64,000 nucleotides of DNA. Origin: an uncultured Pelagibacteraceae bacterium (GTDB lineage: Bacteria > Pseudomonadota > Alphaproteobacteria > Pelagibacterales > Pelagibacteraceae). Below are positions 57,591 through 64,000 of this stretch, piece by piece. The notes beneath the pieces are model-generated. The model was given only the letters and a program-made list of their open reading frames with translations. It was not told where the DNA came from and made no database searches. The position numbers were made by a program, and so were the translations under genes. Each line of letters opens with the position of its first letter. Position 1 is the stretch's first letter. The stretch is taken from positions 5,943-69,942 of the forward strand of contig CACBFJ010000004.1 of the NCBI GenBank assembly GCA_902538495.1, read 5' to 3'.

Positions 57591-58799
57591 ATGTTTAATA
57601 GTTTAAGTTTAAAAGTAATTATATTTGGATTTATTTTTACATTTTTTTCTAGTTTTGGACAGAGTTTTTTTTTAGGTTTGTTTAATTCGAGCATAAGAGA
57701 AACACTTTCTATCACTCATGGACAATTTGGCTCAATTTATGCATCTGCTACATTGTTAAGTAGTTTTCTTTTAATTTGGGTTGGAAAAAAAATTGATGAT
57801 ATCAATATTTTTCGATTTGCATTTTATGTTACTTTACTCTTAGCATTTTCATGTTTCTTTTTTTCAAAAATATCTTCAATAATTTTTTTATTTATAGCTG
57901 TTTTTTTGATGAGATTTTCTGGACAAGGATTAATGTCTCACACTGCAACTACAACAATTACAAGGTATTTTACAAAATCTAGAGGGAAAGCCTTAAGTGC
58001 AGGTTGGTTTGGTCTTTCAACAGCTGAATTTATTTTACCTGTATTAATTGTTTATTTACTTTCAATTACAGCTTGGCAGAATATTTGGATATCTATTTCA
58101 ATTTTAGTTTTGATTTTTTTACCTTTGACATCATTTTTTTTAATTAAAAAATTGGATTTTGATACGAGAGAACAAGTAGACCCAACTGACTCTGAAATAA
58201 AAGAAATTAAACAATGGAAAAGAATTGAGGTTATAAAAGATTATAGATTTTATATTGTATGTTTAAATATGTTAGCAATGCCGTGGATTGCAACTGGTGT
58301 ATTTGTTTATCAGTCTTTCATTACTGAAGCTAAGGAATGGGGTTCTTTTGTTATTGCTCAATCATTCATGGTTTATTCAATATTGTCTGTGCTCACTTTG
58401 CTAGGATCTGGATTTCTAATCGATAAGTTTACTAGCAGAAAACTTTTAATCTTTATGAATATACCTTTGTTAATTTCTACTTTAGTTTTATTTTATTTTA
58501 ATAATCCAATAACATCTTTTATTTTTCTTGGATTAATAGGTATTTCTAATGGTTTAGCCAATGTTCTAGGTTCATCAACATGGGCTGAAATTTATGGTGT
58601 AAAATTTATTGGCTCAATTAAAGCTCTAACTACAGCTTTAATGGTTTTTTCCACTGCTTTTGGAACAGCTTTATTCGGTTTTTTGATAGATAGAGGCTTT
58701 TCTATTGAGCAAATTGCTATGGTTTCATTTGTTTATATTTTAATCTCCTTGATCTTATTATTTTTTGTAAAAAATAAGCTAAATCCACAATATATATAA
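57591..58799 (+). CDS. MFS transporter
   Basis: About 12 TMs, G..ID motif A in both halves, RG.A. Confidence 0.88.
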   Translation: MFNSLSLKVIIFGFIFTFFSSFGQSFFLGLFNSSIRETLSITHGQFGSIYASATLLSSFLLIWVGKKIDDINIFRFAFYVTLLLAFSCFFFSKISSIIFLFIAVFLMRFSGQGLMSHTATTTITRYFTKSRGKALSAGWFGLSTAEFILPVLIVYLLSITAWQNIWISISILVLIFLPLTSFFLIKKLDFDTREQVDPTDSEIKEIKQWKRIEVIKDYRFYIVCLNMLAMPWIATGVFVYQSFITEAKEWGSFVIAQSFMVYSILSVLTLLGSGFLIDKFTSRKLLIFMNIPLLISTLVLFYFNNPITSFIFLGLIGISNGLANVLGSSTWAEIYGVKFIGSIKALTTALMVFSTAFGTALFGFLIDRGFSIEQIAMVSFVYILISLILLFFVKNKLNPQYI

Positions 58800-58843
58800 A
58801 AAATCTCCTTGATTTTTTTTTAGTCACTGTATAGATACTGCGC

Positions 58844-59377
58844 ATGGCTAGAGTTACCGTTGAAGATTGTATCGACAAAGTTGAAAGTCCCTATGAGCTT
58901 GTTTTGGTTGCAAAGGAAAGAGCAACTCAATTGAACTCTGGTATTGAGCCAACTTTAGATAGGGATAATGACAAAAATACAGTTATTTCACTCAGAGAAA
59001 TAGCTGAAGAAAATATTAAAGTTTCAGATTTAAGTGAAAGTGCAATCTATAAATTGAGAAAACATGTAGAGCAAGTTGATGATGGAACGGAAGATGATGA
59101 AGAAGTAGGTGATGATTTTGAGAGCTTATACAAAGGTGAAATTTCAAAAAGTGGTGCTCCTATATTGCCATCAAAGAGAGCTAGAAAAGCTCCAGAAAAA
59201 ATTCAAGTTTCAAAAGATGATTTAGCCGAACTTTCTCAAACAGCTAGTCCCGATGTAGACTCTCAACCATCAGAGGAAATGGAGAGCGATTCTGATGATG
59301 TTTCTCTTGATGAAGTTTCAGAAGCCGAAGAACAGGTAAATCAACAAGATACTGAGTCTTCTGAAGAAAATAATTAA
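58844..59377 (+). CDS. rpoZ: RNA polymerase omega subunit with long acidic tail
   Basis: [23 protein letters not shown]. Confidence 0.94.
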   Translation: MARVTVEDCIDKVESPYELVLVAKERATQLNSGIEPTLDRDNDKNTVISLREIAEENIKVSDLSESAIYKLRKHVEQVDDGTEDDEEVGDDFESLYKGEISKSGAPILPSKRARKAPEKIQVSKDDLAELSQTASPDVDSQPSEEMESDSDDVSLDEVSEAEEQVNQQDTESSEENN

Positions 59378-60519
59378 TTATCAAATTCTTCTAAAATTTT
59401 TTGTCGATGCTCATCCAAATCAGGAATATCACCTCTAGTCTTTTCATCATTATATGATGACATTTTAATTGGGTTTCCAGCTAATTTGAAATCTCCAACA
59501 ACTTTATGAAAAGCTTTTACAATCATGTTTCTTGATTCTATTTGAGGATTTTCGACAGCCTCTTTTATGTTGAAGATTGGTCCACATGGAATTTTATCTT
59601 TTTCCATTTCTTTAACCCACTCGTCAGTTTTTTTGGCAGATAATTTATCTTCTAAAATTTTTTTAAGCTCATCCATATTTTTAGCTCTGGATGAATTATT
59701 TGAAAATTTTGGATTTTGATTTACTTCACTTATTTTTAAAACATTACATAGTTTTTCAAATAATTTATCATTACCTGCTGCAATTATTATATAACTATCT
59801 TTTGTCTTGAAGGCTTCAAATGGAGCAATTGATGGATGACGTGATCCCATTGGTTTTGGAATTTCATTTTTTGAAAGATATCGTGCGATAGCATTTTCTA
59901 GAATAGCTATTTGACAATCAAGCATAGATACATCTATGTACATTCCTTTGCCAGTTTTTTGTCTATCATAAAGAGCAGCGTTAATTCCAATCGTAGTAAA
60001 AAGTCCTGCAGTTATATCTCCTATAGAGGTTCCAACTCTTGTAGGTTCAGAATTTGGTTGACCAGTAACACTCATCAATCCTCCCATACCTTGGACTACC
60101 ATGTCGTAAGCTGGTAACTCTTTAAGGGGACCTGTTTGACCAAAACCTGAAGCTGAAGCATAAATTAGTTTGGGATATTTTTTGGACACATCCTTCCAAC
60201 CATAACCCCATTTTTCTAAAGTTCCTGGTTTAAAATTTTCGACTAAAATATCTGCTTTAGATAAAATTTTATTAAAAATTTTTTTATCCTCAGCATTTTT
60301 TAAATTGAGAGCAATACTTTCTTTACCTCTATTTAAAGACATAAAATATGCAGAGTAATCTTTTATAAATGGTCCGAAATTTCTTGAGTCATCACCGATT
60401 TCTGGGGCTTCAACTTTTATCACCCTTGCCCCTAAATCTGACAATATCATTGTACAATAGGGCCCAACTAATACTCTTGTTAAATCAACAACTAAAAGGT
60501 TTTTTAAAGGTCCATCCAT
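59374..60519 (-). CDS. Family III CoA-transferase (CaiB/BaiF)
   Basis: DL.RVL.GP, DLGA.VIK.E, NRGK.S, ENF.PG, GFGQ.GP, YD. Confidence 0.92.
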   Translation of the reverse strand: MDGPLKNLLVVDLTRVLVGPYCTMILSDLGARVIKVEAPEIGDDSRNFGPFIKDYSAYFMSLNRGKESIALNLKNAEDKKIFNKILSKADILVENFKPGTLEKWGYGWKDVSKKYPKLIYASASGFGQTGPLKELPAYDMVVQGMGGLMSVTGQPNSEPTRVGTSIGDITAGLFTTIGINAALYDRQKTGKGMYIDVSMLDCQIAILENAIARYLSKNEIPKPMGSRHPSIAPFEAFKTKDSYIIIAAGNDKLFEKLCNVLKISEVNQNPKFSNNSSRAKNMDELKKILEDKLSAKKTDEWVKEMEKDKIPCGPIFNIKEAVENPQIESRNMIVKAFHKVVGDFKLAGNPIKMSSYNDEKTRGDIPDLDEHRQKILEEFDN

Positions 60520-60615
60520 AAGTATAGTTTTATATTAAGTGCTTTTACCGACTTGACTCTTATTAATAAGTTCACTTTAATTGAATTATTAAAAATAACA
60601 ATAGAGGGAAAAATA

Positions 60616-61626
60616 ATGTTTAAAAAAATATCTTTATACTTAACTTCATTAGTTTTCGTTTTCACAACTATTGGTTCTGCTTTTGCTGTAACTTTAAAAG
60701 CAAGTCACCAATGGCCAGGAACACCGAGAGCTGATGGATCTTTTGACCCGCGTCATGAAATGGTGCAAATCATTGCTGACGAAGTCAAAAAAGCAAATGT
60801 TGGAATAGATATAAGAATTTATCCAGCTAAATCATTATACAAACCAAAAGAACAGTGGAAACCAATGACAACAGGTCAGTTGGACATTTCTGCTTTTCCA
60901 TTAGCGTATGCATCTAAATTCCACCCAGAGTTTGACGCAACTCTAATGCCAGGAACAGTTAAAAATCATGACCATGCATTGAGATTTAATAAAGGTCCAA
61001 TGATGACTGAGATTAAAAAAATCATTAATGATGCTGGTGTTGTAGTTTTATCTGATGCTTGGTTGGGGGGTGGTTTTGCTTCAAAAACAAAATGTATCAA
61101 AAATCCTAGCGATGCAAAAGGTCAAGTTATGAGAGCTGCAGGTAAAGCATTTAACCAAATGTTAGAAGCAGCAGGAGCGGGTATACAAAGTATGCCATCA
61201 TCTGAAATTTACACAGGTCTACAAACTGGTGTATTAACAGGTGCTAACACTAGTTCAGGAAGTTTTGTAAGTTACAAAATTTATGAACAAGTTTCATGTG
61301 CAACTCCTCCAGGAAAATTTGGTCTATGGTTTATGTATGAACCAATCTTAATGTCTAAAAAGTCTTATGATGCATTAAGTTCTAAGCAACAAAAAGCTTT
61401 AATGAAAGCTGGTAAAGTTGCTGAGAAATACATGACAGCTCAAGTAGAAAACTTAGATAAAAAGTTTGAAGATGCTTATAAAGCTGCTGGTGTAAAATTG
61501 GTATACATGGATGCAAAAGACCATGCTGCATGGGTAGAGATTGCGAAAAAATCTTCTCATAAAGCATTTGCTGATAAAGTTCCAGGTGGCGATAAGCTGA
61601 TGGAAATGGCTTTAGCAGTTAAATAA
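60616..61626 (+). CDS. dctP: TRAP transporter substrate-binding protein
   Basis: ATG at 60616 after GAGGG gives a signal peptide; SHQWP, MPSSEIY..LQTG. Confidence 0.88.
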   Translation: MFKKISLYLTSLVFVFTTIGSAFAVTLKASHQWPGTPRADGSFDPRHEMVQIIADEVKKANVGIDIRIYPAKSLYKPKEQWKPMTTGQLDISAFPLAYASKFHPEFDATLMPGTVKNHDHALRFNKGPMMTEIKKIINDAGVVVLSDAWLGGGFASKTKCIKNPSDAKGQVMRAAGKAFNQMLEAAGAGIQSMPSSEIYTGLQTGVLTGANTSSGSFVSYKIYEQVSCATPPGKFGLWFMYEPILMSKKSYDALSSKQQKALMKAGKVAEKYMTAQVENLDKKFEDAYKAAGVKLVYMDAKDHAAWVEIAKKSSHKAFADKVPGGDKLMEMALAVK

Positions 61627-61640
61627 AATAATATATAAAG

Positions 61641-61676
61641 AACCCCTATTTATTCTTATTAAATAGGGGTTTTTTT
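61641..61676 (+). terminator. Stem-loop with U-tract between dctP and dctQ
   Basis: AACCCCTATTTA-N7-TAAATAGGGGTT-TTTTT. Confidence 0.75.
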
Positions 61677-62171
61677 ATGAAAAAAAAATATCTACAACTT
61701 TGTGACCATATAGCTAAGGCATGCGGTGCTTTTGCTGTATTGGCATTGCTTTTATCAATTTTGGTAATCGTTGAGCTTGTTTTTGAAAGATATTTTTTTC
61801 AAAGAGCAATTACATGGCAGACAGAACTTGTCACCATGTTATTGGTAGCTTCAACTTTCATAGGAAGTGTATACGTTTTAAGTGAAAAAGCTCATGTTAG
61901 TATGGAATGGATTTATGACTTTCTATCAAAAAAAAATATAATTAGATTAAAAATTTTTACATCATCAATAAGTTTACTTTTTTTCTTAATTTTATTTTAT
62001 TTTGGATTTTTAATGTTTGAGGAAGCATTTACTAAAAATTATTCAACAGGAACAGTTTGGGATCCACCACTGTGGATACCATATTCATCAATGATGTTGG
62101 GAGCTTTATTAATGATATTACAGTATATCGCAGAAATTATAAAATTAACTGATGACAAGGATTTCAAATAA
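61677..62171 (+). CDS. dctQ: TRAP transporter small permease
   Basis: Four TMs, RY....W..E, H..M. Confidence 0.88.
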   Translation: MKKKYLQLCDHIAKACGAFAVLALLLSILVIVELVFERYFFQRAITWQTELVTMLLVASTFIGSVYVLSEKAHVSMEWIYDFLSKKNIIRLKIFTSSISLLFFLILFYFGFLMFEEAFTKNYSTGTVWDPPLWIPYSSMMLGALLMILQYIAEIIKLTDDKDFK

Positions 62172-63503
62172 ATGGATCCACTTATTATAGCATTAATTGT
62201 TGCAGTATTTACTTTATTGGTACTTTTTTCTGGAATTCCAATTGCTTTTGGTTTGAGTTTTGTTTCGATTGCTTTGTTAGTAACATTTGAGGGAGTTCAA
62301 ATGCTTGACGTATTTGCTGAAACATTTTTTGCAGGATTAAATTCTTTTGTTTTACTTTCCATACCAATGTTTATTTTAATGGGAATGGCTGTTGCCAATT
62401 CTCCTGCAGGAAAAGATTTATATACAGGTTTGGATAGATGGCTTTGGAGAGTACCAGGTGGATTAGTAATTTCTAATATTGGTGCTTGTTCAATTTTTGC
62501 AGCTTTAAGTGGATCTAGCCCTGCAACTTGTGCAGCAATTGGAACAATGGGAATACCTGAAATGAGAAAAAGAGGGTATTCCGACCAAATCGCAACAGGA
62601 ACTATTGCAGCTGGAGGTACTTTAGGAGTTTTAATTCCTCCCAGTATTGTTCTAATTGTTTATGGAATTGCAACAGGAACATCAATAGGTAGATTATTTT
62701 TATGCGGTCTTGTACCAGGTTTTATGTTAGCAGGTATGTTTGCAATTTGGGCTCTTATTCATAGTTATTTTATTGATAAAGATGCCGCAAAAGCTCTGAG
62801 AAATAGAGTGAGACCAACTTTAAAGGAAAAACTTGAAGTATTACCTAGAATTCTTCCTTTCTTAGCTATTATTGCCGGTGTTTTGTATGTTCTTTATGGA
62901 GGGGTTGCAACACCATCTGAGGCATCTGGAGTAGGAGCATTCTTAGTTTTTGTATTGATTGCGGTAGTTTACAAAATTTATCAACCAAGCAAAATATGGA
63001 ACATTGTTAAAGTTTCAATGAAAGAAAGTGTGATGATAATGTTTATCATTGCTGCATCCTATCTTTTTGCTTTTACTCTCTCACAACTCTATGTAACTCA
63101 ATCTTTAGCACAGAGCATGGTTGAATTAAGTTCAAACAAATGGGTTGTGTTCATTTTAATAAATATATTTCTTTTAATAGCTGGTTTCTTTTTACCACCA
63201 GTCGCAGTTATTGTAATGACCTCAGCTATATTATTACCAGTAATTACCACATTAGGGTTTGATCCATATTGGTTTGCAATAGTATTTACAATCAACATGG
63301 AGATTGGCTTAATTACACCACCAGTTGGACTAAATCTTTATATTATAAAAGGAATTACCCCGGACGTTAGTTTGTCAGAAATTTTAAAAGGATCTATACC
63401 ATTCATGATAATTATGGCTTTAGCTATAGTAATTTTATGTATTTTTCCTGAGATTGTTACATGGTTACCTGATAAAATAATGGGTAAAGACCTTGGATTC
63501 TAA
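62172..63503 (+). CDS. dctM: TRAP transporter large permease
   Basis: IP.FILMG, SGSS.A, GTLG.LIPPS, TP.E, G.ITPPVG. Confidence 0.93.
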   Translation: MDPLIIALIVAVFTLLVLFSGIPIAFGLSFVSIALLVTFEGVQMLDVFAETFFAGLNSFVLLSIPMFILMGMAVANSPAGKDLYTGLDRWLWRVPGGLVISNIGACSIFAALSGSSPATCAAIGTMGIPEMRKRGYSDQIATGTIAAGGTLGVLIPPSIVLIVYGIATGTSIGRLFLCGLVPGFMLAGMFAIWALIHSYFIDKDAAKALRNRVRPTLKEKLEVLPRILPFLAIIAGVLYVLYGGVATPSEASGVGAFLVFVLIAVVYKIYQPSKIWNIVKVSMKESVMIMFIIAASYLFAFTLSQLYVTQSLAQSMVELSSNKWVVFILINIFLLIAGFFLPPVAVIVMTSAILLPVITTLGFDPYWFAIVFTINMEIGLITPPVGLNLYIIKGITPDVSLSEILKGSIPFMIIMALAIVILCIFPEIVTWLPDKIMGKDLGF

Positions 63504-64000
63504 AAAAGAAATAAATAGAAAAATATCAGTTGCTCCAATGATGGATTGCACTGACAGACACGATCGTTTCTTCTTAAGACTGATGAGTAAAAATGTAATG
63601 CTCTATACTGAAATGGTAGCTACAAAATCAGCAATTCACGGAGATAGAAAAAAAATTTTGTATTTCAGCCCTGAGGAAAAACCTCTGGCTTTACAGCTTG
63701 GTGGTTCCAATAAAGATGAATTAGCAGAAGTTGCTAAAATTGGAGAAGACATGGGGTATGATGAAATAAATATCAACCTTGGATGTCCTAGTAAAAAAGT
63801 TCAAAAGAATAAATTTGGCGCGTGTTTAATGAAAGAACCAGAGTTAGTAGCTGAGTGTATACATGCAATGGTAAATGCTTGTAAAATTCCGGTAACTGCT
63901 AAAACACGTATTGGTTTTGATGATGTGGAAGATTTTGATTATCTAAATAATTTTATTAGACAAATGAGAGATGCAGGAGCGAAGACTTTTATTTTGCATG
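63493..64000 (+). CDS. dusA: tRNA-dihydrouridine synthase A (3'-truncated; absent from the ORF track)
   Basis: Read by hand: ISVAPMMDCTDRHDRFFLR...LYTEM...LQLGGS...GYDEININLGCPSKKVQ...FGACLM; start at TTG 63493 or ATG 63538. Confidence 0.9.
   Translation, partial: MDSKKEINRKISVAPMMDCTDRHDRFFLRLMSKNVMLYTEMVATKSAIHGDRKKILYFSPEEKPLALQLGGSNKDELAEVAKIGEDMGYDEININLGCPSKKVQKNKFGACLMKEPELVAECIHAMVNACKIPVTAKTRIGFDDVEDFDYLNNFIRQMRDAGAKTFILH

Noticed and set aside
60553-60615. TTG start for dctP given in the ORF track
   Set aside because: The ATG at 60616 has an SD and gives a proper signal peptide
1289-63298. About 30 short ORFs in the track that lie antisense to or inside real genes (e.g. 1289-1561, 3040-3333, 14235-14666, 33941-34288, 35910-36206)
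   Set aside because: They overlap well-supported genes wholly or almost wholly, carry no motifs, and are typical shadow frames

Overview
A very AT-rich, extremely gene-dense chromosomal window, with most spacers under 30 bp and many overlapping stop/start codons. Gene content and style point to a Pelagibacter (SAR11)-type marine alphaproteobacterium; this is inferred, since no rRNA is present. In order: etfB/etfA/ETF-QO; two tandem HxH-type 2OG-Fe(II) oxygenases; hisI/folE; acuI and an LsrB/VtlR-like LysR gene; a Fur-box-preceded Fe(III) ABC operon with an embedded Cys-rich mini-ORF; azlCD and redox/copper genes; a ~350 bp structured non-coding gap carrying a perfect-SD 8-codon ORF; an array of 11 tiny co-oriented genes; cysE/cysK; a sulfonate cluster (tauABC-comC-pta-hpsN, divergent from aminotransferase-ald-GcvT-family dehydrogenase); a double-wHTH gene divergent from two paralogous mini membrane proteins; guaC; an autotransporter; tRNA-Met; apt and mtnP-mtnA-ald2-speD/speE; a polar amino-acid ABC system; glycosyltransferases; rpoZ; a CoA-transferase with a TRAP transporter; and a partial dusA. 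I saw no CRISPR, integrase, transposase or prophage genes. The best candidates for something undescribed are the stand-alone structured micro-ORF RNA (15507-15780), the double-wHTH/mini-protein module with repeated operators (38006-39557) and the small-protein array (18007-21778). All protein calls come from motif recognition by eye, not database searches.
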